Below the pieces are notes generated by a model. The model did not search any database. It saw nothing but the letters and a program-made list of their open reading frames with translations, and was not told the DNA's origin. Made by a program: the position numbers and the translations under genes. DNA of 64,000 nucleotides from an uncultured Chloroflexia bacterium (lineage in GTDB: Bacteria > Chloroflexota > Anaerolineae > Anaerolineales > UBA4823), in NCBI GenBank assembly GCA_963777965.1, contig CAVZSS010000018.1, forward strand, positions 64,928 to 128,927. The letters run 5' to 3'. This document shows, piece by piece, positions 49,524 through 64,000 of the stretch (position 1 is the first letter of the stretch; every line of letters begins with the position of its first letter).

Positions 49524-51293
49524 ATGAAAGAATATAAAATCACGACTGAGAATTTGTTGTATTGGCTGGCTTTCTTGCTTGCCCTGGGCATGCGCTTCTT
49601 CATGCTCGGTGATACCCCACTTGCAGACGCCGAAGCCAGCTGGGCTCTTCAAGCCTTGGGCCTGGTGCATGGTGAAACCGCAGCCTTGGGAGCGCAGCCT
49701 GCGTATATCCTGCTCACTAGCCAGCTTTTCTCCATCTTCGGCGACACCAATTTCCTGGCACGCTTCCTCCCCGCTATGGCTGGCAGTCTGATCATCTGGT
49801 TGCCTTATTATTTCAGGGATTGGATGGGAGATTCGCGCTGGCTTCGACGGGCAGGTCTGATCATGGCTTTCGGTCTGGCGATTGACCCGGGTCTGGTATC
49901 TCTCTCCCGGCAAGCTGGCAGCCTGATGCCCGCCATGACATTCACCTTATTGGGGCTTGCTAGTCTTTACAATCGGCGTATGGTCTGGGCTGGCATCTTA
50001 GCCGGGTTGGCCCTGCTCTCAGGAATGGCATTCTTGCAAGGGGTTCTCATCCTGGGGATAAGCTGGGGTTTCTATCGCCTGGCATGGCGGAAGTCTTTCC
50101 AAGCTCAAAGGGGTGAATTTGATCGTGAGCCACCTACGGAATCGATTTCTTCCAGGTCTATAATGGTTTTGCTTGCAGCTTTGGCGGGGACTGTACTTGC
50201 TGTTGGAACGCTTTTCCTGCGTTTCCCGGGGGGTTTAGGGGCATTGGCAGAAACGATCCCGGCTTTCATAAATGCCTGGATAAAACCGTCCGGGATTCCC
50301 GTCCTTCGCCTGCCTGCCAGCCTGTTGGTATACCAGCCGATGCTATTGATCTTTGGCCTGTTTGGCGCAGTGCACATCTGGTTTGGGGTTCCTGATGATC
50401 AGCGCATTCGCCAATTCGTATCGGGATTAAGCATCTGGACAGTGGTGGCTTTGCTATTACCATTGCTCTATGCTGGCCGGCAGGTGGGTGACATGGCATG
50501 GGCACTGATCCCTCTTTGGGCATTGACCGCAGTCGAGATCAGCCGCTTGTTGATCACCGAGCTGGAAGATTCATTGACGCGCCTGGTTGCCGCTGGCCTG
50601 GGAGTGCTTCTCTTTGTCCTGGCAGTTGTTAGCTGGATCAATTTACTCGCCATTGGTCGTTACCAGGTGAACGTGGTAGTCTATTGGGCGATTATCATTG
50701 GAGCGTTCCTGCTGGGGTTTATCGCCTTTTTATTGGTGGCTGTGGCATGGTCTACATCCGCCGCCAGGATAGGCGCAGTAGGTGCACTCTGCCTCATTTT
50801 CGGGTTGTGGTTGTTTTCCAATTCATGGGGAATGGCCATCGTGCGGAAAAATGGCGCTCAGGAGTTGTGGCCAATTCCAGCGACCACCGGACAGGCTGAT
50901 TTGCTTAACGATACACTATCTGACCTATCCAGCTGGGACACAGGTCTAAAAGACCAGTTGGAAATTGTTACGTTGGTGGATTCACCAGCCCTCAAATGGG
51001 ATTTGCGGCACTTTCCAAATGTCCGTTTTGGGTCTACGCTATCTGCCGATGAAACTCCAGCGGTTGTCATCACCCCTAAAGATGCCGATTTTCCCAGCCT
51101 ATCAGAAAAATACCGCGGCCAGGATTTCATCTGGAAGCTTACCCCAGGCTGGCAGGGGGTTTTTCCACCCAACCTGATTAACTGGCTGGCGTTTCGCCAG
51201 GCTCCGTTAAACCAGGAACTGATTATTCTCTGGGCAAGGTCAGATATCTTCCCAGGTAGCACATCAAGCAAATCCGATAGTATTATTCCATAA
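49524..51293 (+). CDS. GT-C-like polytopic membrane protein (TIGR03663-like partner of YYY proteins)
   Basis: 589 aa. N-terminal RFFMLGDTPLADAEASWALQALGLVHGE loop, about 12 TM segments and a C-terminal soluble domain. The family assignment is from memory of the TIGR03662/TIGR03663 pairing. Confidence 0.55.
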   Translation: MKEYKITTENLLYWLAFLLALGMRFFMLGDTPLADAEASWALQALGLVHGETAALGAQPAYILLTSQLFSIFGDTNFLARFLPAMAGSLIIWLPYYFRDWMGDSRWLRRAGLIMAFGLAIDPGLVSLSRQAGSLMPAMTFTLLGLASLYNRRMVWAGILAGLALLSGMAFLQGVLILGISWGFYRLAWRKSFQAQRGEFDREPPTESISSRSIMVLLAALAGTVLAVGTLFLRFPGGLGALAETIPAFINAWIKPSGIPVLRLPASLLVYQPMLLIFGLFGAVHIWFGVPDDQRIRQFVSGLSIWTVVALLLPLLYAGRQVGDMAWALIPLWALTAVEISRLLITELEDSLTRLVAAGLGVLLFVLAVVSWINLLAIGRYQVNVVVYWAIIIGAFLLGFIAFLLVAVAWSTSAARIGAVGALCLIFGLWLFSNSWGMAIVRKNGAQELWPIPATTGQADLLNDTLSDLSSWDTGLKDQLEIVTLVDSPALKWDLRHFPNVRFGSTLSADETPAVVITPKDADFPSLSEKYRGQDFIWKLTPGWQGVFPPNLINWLAFRQAPLNQELIILWARSDIFPGSTSSKSDSIIP

Positions 51294-51310
51294 CAATAAT
51301 AAATCCGGGA

Positions 51311-51997
51311 GTGAGCATGGGAATTGCCAGAATTATCGCCATCGATGGTCCGGCTGCATCAGGTAAATCCACCCTGGGGCATAAGCTAGCTCAGGTTTTG
51401 GGATACCTGTATTTTGATACAGGTGTGATGTACCGTGCTATTACATGGTTGGCATTGACCCGAGGGATCGAAATAAGTGACGAACCTGCCATCACAAGGC
51501 TAGCAGAGAACACGAAAATCGATGTCCGGCCTCCATCCATCCAGGATGGTCGTGCTTATGACGTTATTGTGGATGATCAGGATATCACCTGGGATATCCG
51601 CCGCCCCGAAGTGGATGGAAATGTTTCGCCAGTATCAGTATATGCTGGAGTACGTAGAGCTTTATCTGCCCAGCAGCGCCAAATTGGCCTGCGCGGGAAT
51701 GTGGTCATGGTTGGTCGGGATATTGGCACCGTTGTATTGCCAGAGGCCGACTTAAAGATCTACCTGGATGCGTCTGCTGATGAGCGTGCCCGCCGCCGGT
51801 TTAGGGAGTTGTGCCAACGCGGTGAATCAGCTGATTATGACGCTATCCTCCAGGTCATACTTACGCGTGATCGGATCGATTCCAACCGGGAAGTCTCGCC
51901 GTTGCGTCCGGCCGCAGATGCATATCTTCTGAGTTCGGATGGTCTGGACGCAGACCAGGTCCTTGAACGGGCGAAAGCATTGGCCTTGGGAAGATGA
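51311..51997 (+). CDS. cmk: cytidylate kinase
   Basis: IAIDGPAASGKSTLGHKLAQVLGYLYFDTGVMYRA. GTG 51311 or ATG 51317 could be the start. Confidence 0.93.
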   Translation: MSMGIARIIAIDGPAASGKSTLGHKLAQVLGYLYFDTGVMYRAITWLALTRGIEISDEPAITRLAENTKIDVRPPSIQDGRAYDVIVDDQDITWDIRRPEVDGNVSPVSVYAGVRRALSAQQRQIGLRGNVVMVGRDIGTVVLPEADLKIYLDASADERARRRFRELCQRGESADYDAILQVILTRDRIDSNREVSPLRPAADAYLLSSDGLDADQVLERAKALALGR

Positions 51998-52728
51998 CTA
52001 AAAAAAGTGCAGGGACATCAGTTTGGTCGCCTGGCGGTTATGACCATTCACGCTTCGAGGCACGCCGTCGTTTCACGCGATTTTTACTACGGACGATTGG
52101 TTTTACCTTGTTGGCGAAAATAGATCACGTGGAAGGGGTTGAGAAAGTGCCTGCGAAGGGTCCGGCAATCCTGATGATCAACCACATCAATTTTATTGAT
52201 CCTTTTGTTGTTTTAAATGTCCTGCCACGCAATATTGTTCCAATGGCGAAAATAGAAGTGTATTCCTACCCAATTGTTGGCATATTTCCCCGCATCTATG
52301 GAGTCGTTCCAGTCCAGAGGGAGGAAATTGACAGGCGGGCTGTCCAGGGAGCTCTGGACGTCTTGCGGGCTGGTGAAATTATCCTGGTGGCACCTGAAGC
52401 CCACCGTGGCCCACAGCTCCGCACGGGTAAAGAGGGCATTGCATACCTGGCCACCCGGGCAAATGTGCCCATTGTGCCTGTGGCAATCGATGGCACGATT
52501 GGTTTCCCTACTTTTCGGCTGTTACCGCGCTGGCGGGAGCCCGGTGCCAATGTGTGTTTTGGGAATCCTTTTCTTTTCAAAAACTCTGGAAAGCGCGCAG
52601 GCAAGGAAGATTTACGAAAAATGACGGATGAAGCCATGTATATCCTGGCCTCTTTGCTTCCGGAATATCGCCGGGGTGTCTACGCCGATTTATCACTTGC
52701 CACGCAAGAAACGATTGAGTGGGTTTAA
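51994..52728 (+). CDS. plsC: 1-acyl-sn-glycerol-3-phosphate acyltransferase
   Basis: H-x4-D motif NHINFIDP and LVAPEAHRG (a PEG-like block). Confidence 0.85.
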   Translation: MTKKSAGTSVWSPGGYDHSRFEARRRFTRFLLRTIGFTLLAKIDHVEGVEKVPAKGPAILMINHINFIDPFVVLNVLPRNIVPMAKIEVYSYPIVGIFPRIYGVVPVQREEIDRRAVQGALDVLRAGEIILVAPEAHRGPQLRTGKEGIAYLATRANVPIVPVAIDGTIGFPTFRLLPRWREPGANVCFGNPFLFKNSGKRAGKEDLRKMTDEAMYILASLLPEYRRGVYADLSLATQETIEWV

Positions 52729-52836
52729 ACGTACGGTTTGGAAAAAATATAGAAGAAGTTTTGTTTTATCCGCATTATGGTGTCTACATACATGCTATAA
52801 TCATTTGAGCTAATCACCCTATGTTATTCCACCGAT

Positions 52837-55800
52837 ATGGTTATTGATTTCACCCTGCTTGGTAATCCCATTTACGTCGATCTACCACAAGATTTAATTG
52901 GGTGGGTAGGCTGGCTCATTTTATTCAGCGTTGTTATTCTGCTTGCAATTCCGTTGGAGAAGGCTTAATAAACGCTGGTCACGTTTACACTGGGGGATTT
53001 TCATCGGATTGCTGATTCTGACAATCCTGACCAATATACTCTTCGTCATTCGCTTTCCTGATGCCCAGTCTCTGCTGCAGCAAGGTCCACCGGTCGATAC
53101 GGGTGGGTTATCCTTGGTTGTATTCACTGCCTTACCTTGGGTGTTGGCAGCAGGGTTGTTGGGAGTTTTTCCTGCAACGATCCTGGGTTTTCTCTCCGGG
53201 TTGATGGTCACCCTATTGAGTACCCATAGGTCTTTTACTCTCCTTGAGTTTGCTTTGATGGCCACCCTTCTTGGGGCAGCATTCCATCAACGTTACCGAA
53301 CTTGGGTTTTCCGTGCATTACGCCACCCAATCGTCTCAACCACTCTGCTCGCTTTGATCTATCCGGTGCTATATGTAATTGACACCACCCTCTCCACTGC
53401 CGGAAACCTGGCAGGTCGTCTGGAATATGCTTTTTCAAACGTGGAATTGTTTTCCATTCTTGTTGCAATTGAACTGCTGGTTGGGGGTCTGCTTTCAGAA
53501 GCGGTCGCCCTCGTTTTTTCGCGGCTGTGGGGTTTTTCCAGTCCACTGGAGCCCTCTCCGGTTGAGCGCCGATTACAGAGTCGCTTCCTTTCCAGCCTGA
53601 CACCTCTGGCAATCATATTAGTGGTTGGATTAATGGGTGGTGGTTGGATTGTTTCCAGGAAAGCCGCCAGCGATATGTTAAATAATCGCCTGGAAAACAC
53701 GGCCATGATGGCTGCTAATAGTGTTCCAACTTTCCTTGAGACTGGTCAGAACTTAATCCAAATCATGGCTAAAGACCCCACCTGGTCGACAGGCACTCTC
53801 TCTGAGATAGAACATCCTGCTTCAGGAGATAACCTTCGTACGACCCCATATTTTGATGAATTTTACCTGCTGGATGCCCAGTGGCAGGCTGTGACTGGTT
53901 ACCCGGTGGATGATTTTTATGCTGCCTTCCCTTCTCCGGAAGAGAGTATAGGGAATTACTCTGGCATTAAATGGATTACCGATCCAGATGTATACCCTTC
54001 CCCCAGATTCGGGCGGATTGTCTGCTCGCTTGTCATTTATAGCACTGATTACCGATTCAGCTGGGGCGCGCGCCGGGGTTTTGGTGGGCAGGACTGAGCT
54101 GGCAACCAATCCATTTCTTTGAGCCGATTACGATTGCCCTGAATAGCTTGTCTGGTGCAAGTGGTAATGGGATGCTGATTGATGAAAACGGGATTATTCT
54201 GTACAGCTCGTCGCCCGATTGGGTGATGGATACCTATACTGGTCAAACGTCCCTGGAGGGGATTTCCTTTGATGGGATTGGATCCGGATGGCACCCAAAG
54301 CATGATGTTTTACCAGCCGGTATGGGGTCGATCCCGTGGGCTGTGATCGTATCAGTGCCGGTGCAGGAAGCCCAGCAGCTGGCGCTTACAAATTGCCGCA
54401 CCACTGTTGATCATGATCATGATCCTCTTTTCGATTGCAGCACTGGTGTTGCGCTTTTCACTCCGGGCGGTGACTGCATCATTGCAAAATCTGGCGCTCG
54501 GAGACAAACCGCATATCCAGTGGTCAATTGGATAGCCCATTGGCAATCGACGGTAATGATGAAGTTGGGCAGTTGCGCCATGCTTTCGAGAATATGCGCT
54601 CAAGTCTTAAAGCACGCCTGGATGAGCTGAACCGCTTGTTACAGGTCAGCAGAGGTGTCGCTTCCAGCCTGGAATTTGAGGAATCGGTCAAGCCTGTCAT
54701 GGAAGCAGCCCTGAGCACCGGAGCCAATGCTGTCCGCGTGGTTCTCTCACCTGAAGCTCTGCCGGAAATGAAGGGTGGATCTGCACCGGTTACCCGTTTC
54801 GGATTCTGGTCGTGGTAATGAGCAGTTTGCTTACTTGGATGACCAGATCTTGCCGATGACACGCCAAAAAGAGCGTGTGGCACTGAATAATTTAGGCCGA
54901 GTCAGGTTGCTCACTTTCCCGCCCAATGCTCCCCGACCGGAAGCGCTTTTGGCCTTGCCGTTGCATCACGAAAATATGTTTTATGGAGCTCTCTGGCTGG
55001 CCTATGATAAACCGCACCAATTCAGCGAGGACGAAATCCGCTTCCTGACCACCATTGCCGGGCAGGCAGCCCTGGCATCAGCAAATTCGCAGCTTTTTGC
55101 AAATGCAGAGATCGGTCGTCAGCGCCTGGCTGCCATCCTCAATTCAACCCCCGACCCAGTGTTGGTGACTGATTACCAGGGGCGGCTGCTTCTGGCAAAT
55201 CCTGCCGCCTGGCAGGTGCTGGAGTTGCCGGGTGAGACAGTCAATGGAAAAGCCGATCGATACAATCATTCAACAACCATCCTTATTACAGCTTTTGCAG
55301 GTTGTGTCGGAAGAAAAACAATCAGCTGAAGTAGAGTTGATGGATGGCAAGATTTACCTGGCAACTGCTTCTTCCGTGATTGTTGAGGGTCAGCCAGTCG
55401 GTCGGATATGTATCATGCGCGATGTCACCCGTTTCAAGGAGCTTGACACACTCAAATCTGAGTTTGTTTCCACAGTAAGCCATGATCTGCGCTATCCACT
55501 TACCACCATGCGTGGATATGCCACCATGCTTGAGATGGTCGGGGAGATGAACGAGCAGCAGACAGGATATGTTCGCAAAATTCTCACCAGCGTCGATGGA
55601 ATGATCCAGCTGGTGACAAGCTTGCTGGACCTGGGCAGGATTGATGCGGGGGTTGACTTGCAGCTGGAGATGATCCCCGTCCAGGATGTGGTGGAGCGCG
55701 TGATTGGTGCCTTGCAGCTTCAGGCTTCTCAAAAGCAAGTAGTCATCTCCAGTGATATTTCACCGCATGCAATCCCACTGGTGGAAGCAGATTACGCTTT

Positions 55801-56155
55801 GTTGCAGCAGGCCTTGCATAACTTGGTGGAGAATGCCGTTATATACACCGAACCCAGAGGCAAGGTGACCGTGCGGGTTGAGCCGGATAAGGACCAGATG
55901 GTATTCTCCGTGTGTGATACAGGCATTGGTATAGCCCCGGTTGATATTCCCCGCATTTTTGAGAAATTCTACCGTGGTGGTCAAAAAGAAGCCAAGAAAC
56001 GCCAGGGAACAGGCTTGGGATTGGCAATTGTAAAATCGATTACTGAGCGCCATAAAGGCAGAGTATGGGTGGAGAGCCAGCTCGGAAAAGGCAGTACTTT
56101 TTATATGGCTATTCCTTTCCGGCAGCATAAAGGGGAAAACAAGAATAACGGGTAA
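52837..56155 (+). pseudogene. membrane sensor histidine kinase (multi-TM, Cache-like, HAMP, GAF, PAS, HisKA, HATPase_c) with about nine frame breaks
   Basis: ORFs 52931..54097, 54148..54630, 54528..54818, 54775..55329 and 55232..56155, plus a 43-codon piece from ATG 52837, tile one ~1100-aa protein. Domains seen: HAMP DEVGQLRHAFENM, H-box SHDLRYPLTTM, N-box LHNLVENAVIYT, G1 DTGIGI, G2 GTGLGLAIV. Conserved stretches alternate between frames. Confidence 0.8.
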
Positions 56156-56187
56156 AAAATCCTAATCTTCCTCTTATTTAATCCCTC

Positions 56188-56217
56188 TTGACCAAATCCT
56201 ATCATTTTAGGTATAAT
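56188..56217 (+). promoter_or_regulatory. consensus sigma-70 promoter of rpoC
   Basis: TTGACC (56188..56193), 18-nt spacer, TATAAT (56212..56217). Confidence 0.6.
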
Positions 56218-56258
56218 CTAAGTTTGCATGAATCGAGGATATGACTGTTAACCGCCTG

Positions 56259-56298
56259 GCGCTTGAGAAGATGAATCTCAAGCGCGGGCTTTTGTTCG
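56259..56298 (+). promoter_or_regulatory. terminator-like hairpin (possible attenuator) in the rpoC leader
   Basis: GCGCTTGAGA-AGATGAA-TCTCAAGCGC is a perfect 10-bp stem, followed by GGGCTTTTGTT. It lies between the promoter and SD CCAGGAGG (56307..56314). Confidence 0.45.
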
Positions 56299-56320
56299 TC
56301 TAATTTCCAGGAGGCACTGA

Positions 56321-60625
<4,305 letters not shown>

Positions 60626-60646
60626 CCCACAACCTTAACCCTAACG

Positions 60647-60678
60647 GGGCTGGCAAAACCAGCCCTGTTGTTATTTAT
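60647..60678 (+). terminator. first rpoC terminator hairpin
   Basis: GGGCTGG-CAAAA-CCAGCCC followed by TGTTGTTATTTAT. Confidence 0.6.
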
Positions 60679-60692
60679 GGTCGGTATCACTA

Positions 60693-60731
60693 CTGTAGAG
60701 ACGCCTCGCCAAGACGTCTCTACAGTTTTTT
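60693..60731 (+). terminator. second rpoC terminator hairpin
   Basis: CTGTAGAGACG-(11 nt)-CGTCTCTACAG followed by TTTTTT. Confidence 0.7.
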
Positions 60732-61864
60732 AAATCTGTTGCAATCGATCCCAAAAAATGCTATAGTAATTTCACCATTAATTTTTTGGTATTCTCAGGT
60801 TAAATGGTAAGCCGATTATCCTCCGCACCGTGGATTTATATACCCCTCTTATCAATGAGTATAAAGAGAAAGGCTTATTATCAGCCTGCACGGAATGCCT
60901 GGAAAATTAGTCAAATGCCATCTGCCTGGCGGCTGAAGCCTATCCTATCCCATTCATCCATCGTTATGATATCTATAACGGTGTGAACCATGCTGAAGAC
61001 GCAGTCGCAAAGGGATTTATACTGGAAGATGGAGAGCCCCCCAGTGATCTTGGGGCACAGTTAATTGCCGAACAGTTATCAACGTTGGGATATGAACCAG
61101 TGCCACCACCATGATCGTGTTGAGGTTTACAGATTTCTAGAATAGCCACCCAACTATCCTGCCAACTTATCCTGCTTCGCTATGCTTTCATGTAGATGAA
61201 GCCGAATGTTGAAGCCAAGATAATCTACTTCATGGGTGGCACAATATAGCCAGGGTCTGTAGGATCATATATTGGGCAACTGCATGATCTAAATGCTAGT
61301 AATAAAATCCTCAATATTCTGGTCGTTGAAGACCGCCCAAGAGTAAAGGTCAAACAGCCTTACCCTCCTGAGGAAAAATGAGCTTACAGGCTAAGCAAAT
61401 CGAATTGGATGATACAAAGCCTGATAGGATTGCGTCTGCAGTGCTGATCATTGGTATTTGCATAGTTTGCCAATTTGTTCTTTATGGCATAAAATTCCGG
61501 TTAATGGGACGATGAATACAACCACCACTTATCCAGCCATCTATCTTCCTGGGTGGAATTGGCATAGTTTATGGCTCGTTCAGAACCGTAAGGGGAAGTT
61601 CACTAACCATGCAGTTTGTCAAAGACCTACTAATAAAAATGAGCAAAGAAGCAATCGCGGGTACTGAAACAGCATCAATAGTGATAACACTTACTCAAGT
61701 TATTGCAGGTGGAGGATTTTTGGTTATGCCATTCCTTTTCATTGGAATCCCTGGGGTATTATTTTTTGGGCATCTCTCCAGGTTACGCAAACCTGGCATA
61801 TTCTTTTTAACCCGCTGCGCAAGCAACCGGGTTGATCTCTGACTAAAGAAAGGAGAATCATTAC

Positions 61865-62353
61865 ATGTACCTCTGGATCGTATTTCTGCATGTACTTGCC
61901 GCGTTTGCCTACCTGATGGCACACGGAGCGGCGGCAAATGTCGCTTTTAAACTGCGTGGTGAGACGAGTCGCGAGCGCATCGCTGCTTTACTTGACCTTT
62001 CGTCCATGGCTTTCAATTTGATGTATCTGGCACTGCTGGTAATCCTGGTGGCAGGCATCGCCCTGGGCTTCATGGGTGACTGGTGGAGCAGTGTATGGAT
62101 CTGGCTGGTGCTGGTGCTGATTATTGTGAAAGTAGTTGCTATGTTTATGGTGGGATCACGCTCTTTAACACAGCTCCGCAAAGCTGCCGGTCTACCCTAC
62201 TTTGAGGGCATGAAGCCCCATCCTGCCCTACCACCAGCCAGCCCTGAGGAGATTGCCGAAAGTGCTGCCTCCATTAATCCAATCCCTATTGCTGCCATTG
62301 GTTTCGGCGGACTGGCAATCATGCTGTGGTTAATGATGTTTAAACCATTTTGA
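61865..62353 (+). CDS. small integral membrane protein (4 TM; DUF2269-like, uncertain)
   Basis: 162-aa ORF with SD GAAAGGAGA upstream. Hydrophobic helices include MYLWIVFLHVLAAFAYLMAHG. Confidence 0.6.
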   Translation: MYLWIVFLHVLAAFAYLMAHGAAANVAFKLRGETSRERIAALLDLSSMAFNLMYLALLVILVAGIALGFMGDWWSSVWIWLVLVLIIVKVVAMFMVGSRSLTQLRKAAGLPYFEGMKPHPALPPASPEEIAESAASINPIPIAAIGFGGLAIMLWLMMFKPF

Positions 62354-62535
62354 GATAGTTAGTAGAAAGTATTCGTGAATTCTAGAAGAACATAACATTG
62401 GATAATTAAAATCAAAATACTCAAACCAAAAGCTGCCCAGCACCGCGGTCAGTGGATGGTGAGCATTAATCCAGGATTATTCAGTGCACCTATAAGTTAT
62501 GTTGTAAATTATTCCAGAAAGGATTTCCTTCTAAT

Positions 62536-62964
62536 ATGTCTATACCAATTCCAAACTATCCTGTCCATGAATTGCGTATCGCCCTCACAACCAGAGATTA
62601 TGATCGATTGGTAAAATTCTATTGCGATGGACTCGGAATTGAACCGGCTGCAATTTGGGACAACGGTCAAGGTCAAGCACTCGTTCTCAACATGGGCAAC
62701 GCCACCCTTGAGATTTTCGACGAAGCCCAGGCAGAGACGATTGACCAAATCGAAGTAGGACAACGCATTAGTGGGCAGATTCGGTTTGCGCTTCAAGTGC
62801 CTGACCTGCAAACGGCGATGGCGCGGTTACTCGCCAATGGGGCGACATTGGTTCATCCACCCATTATGACTCCCTGGGGTGATTATAACGTGCGGCTGCA
62901 AGACCCCGACGGTATGCAGATTACGCTGTTTCAGATACCTGATAATAAGGAACAAGGTAAGTAG
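62536..62964 (+). CDS. VOC (glyoxalase/bleomycin-resistance) family protein
   Basis: 142 aa with beta-alpha-beta-beta-beta module hallmarks (VHELRIALTTRDYDRLVKFYCDGLG ... YNVRLQDPDGMQITLFQ). Confidence 0.8.
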   Translation: MSIPIPNYPVHELRIALTTRDYDRLVKFYCDGLGIEPAAIWDNGQGQALVLNMGNATLEIFDEAQAETIDQIEVGQRISGQIRFALQVPDLQTAMARLLANGATLVHPPIMTPWGDYNVRLQDPDGMQITLFQIPDNKEQGK

Positions 62965-63238
62965 TTTTGGATGGAGTTAGCCATACCGTTCGGGCCAATG
63001 TAATCGAGGCATTATTTGAGATTTAAATTCAAGTTTTTGGTACCGGCTCTTATAAGAAAAATGCTCCCAACAAAGCATGCACTGGACGGTAGGGATTCTG
63101 ATGTAATTTCAGGCGTTTTTTTGCTTCGAGTTTTTTCTATTCCCAAGCAGAATCCACGCCCGTCCGACTACTGACACTAACGCCAACCGGTGGGCACCAT
63201 ACTTGGGTGGTTTTGAGCTATTGAATTGATGACTTGAA

Positions 63239-64000
63239 ATGAAACAATTTACGCTGTTATCTATCACAGCAGTCCTTCTTGTTGTAAGTGGTTGTGATGC
63301 TAATCGTGTTGAATTGCAGCTGAGCACACCCACTGCAGGGCAGGTAGATCTGCCAATTACCGAGACGCCCGTCTCACTCCCCGGTGACACAAGGGTCCGT
63401 TCACTAGATGGAATGGTAATGGTATACGTGCCAGCAGGCGAGTTTGATATGGGGAGTAACGATGAAGAAGTAGAATATGCACTGGGGCAATGTCGGGAGT
63501 ATGACACCAACTGCAGTATGGAGTTATTTTTCGGTAGAACAACCGGTACACACAGTAGAACTGGATGGATTCTGGATAGATAAGACAGAAGTGACGAACG
63601 ACCAGTACGAGCAGTGCAAGGAAGTAGGGGTTTGTAGCAGCTTGGGATGTCAGGACGAAAACCAACTGGGTGGCGCGAATCAACCAGTGGTGTGTGTGAC
63701 ATGGCTTCAAGCTGAAGCATACTGCGAGTGGGTCGGGGCGCGTTTGCCGACTGAGGCAGAGTGGGAGTATGCCGCCCGCGGACCAGAGAGAGCGCAGGTA
63801 TCCTTGGGGTGATGAATTTGATGGAAAATTATTGAACTACTGCGATACCAATTGTACGCTCGCAAAAAGTGACGAGACGTTTAATGACGGATATATTAGG
63901 TCAGCACCGGTGGGGAGCTACCCACAAGGAGCCAGTTGGATTGGGGCACTGGATATGGCGGGCAATGTATGGGAGTTGGTGGCAGATTGGAATGGAGAGT
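63239..64000 (+). CDS. formylglycine-generating-enzyme (SUMF1/FGE-sulfatase) domain lipoprotein; two frame breaks; 3' end beyond window
   Basis: Lipoprotein signal MKQFTLLSITAVLLVVSGC. The FGE motifs are spread over three frames: MVYVPAGEFDMGS; VEQPVHTVELDGFWIDKTEVTNDQY...RLPTEAEWEYAARG; RRYPWGDEF...GNVWELVADW. The breaks are at the T5 run 63527..63531 and near 63785..63795. Confidence 0.8.

Overview
64-kb chromosomal window. From gene content it is probably a Chloroflexota (Anaerolineae-like) bacterium; this is an inference, since no search was possible. Support: Chlor_Arch_YYY/DUF2298 membrane proteins, mevalonate kinase plus isopentenyl-phosphate kinase, and a stand-alone rpoC with a large insertion. 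Left to right: (1) a glycyl-radical enzyme (GRE) with its radical-SAM activase, divergent from a class-III aminotransferase; (2) a DMSO-reductase-family molybdoenzyme with no visible Tat signal and an apparently fused FeS/membrane-anchor subunit; (3) tRNA-Glu(CUC) followed by four tandem 70-73-bp units that each repeat the 3' half of that tRNA; (4) housekeeping genes: MFS transporter, Trx-VKOR, recA with an SOS box, M23 peptidase, PD40 propeller protein, DUF1015, degV, ffh-rpsP-KH-rimM, dprA-topA, greA, dGTPase-like, ipk-mvk, UbiA-type prenyltransferase, tlyA, lepA; (5) a ~16-kb envelope glycosylation-like cluster: flippase-like protein, GT4, two methyltransferases, three GT-C-like membrane proteins, two YYY-domain paralogs; (6) cmk, plsC, a multidomain sensor histidine kinase, rpoC, and a visibly AT-richer tail with small or degraded ORFs, a VOC protein and an FGE/SUMF1-domain lipoprotein. 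The sequence carries about 25 single-nucleotide reading-frame breaks, many at homopolymers. Two of them put the catalytic NADFDGD segment of essential rpoC out of frame, so I read most as assembly indel errors, not biology. No CRISPR array, integrase or transposase was seen.
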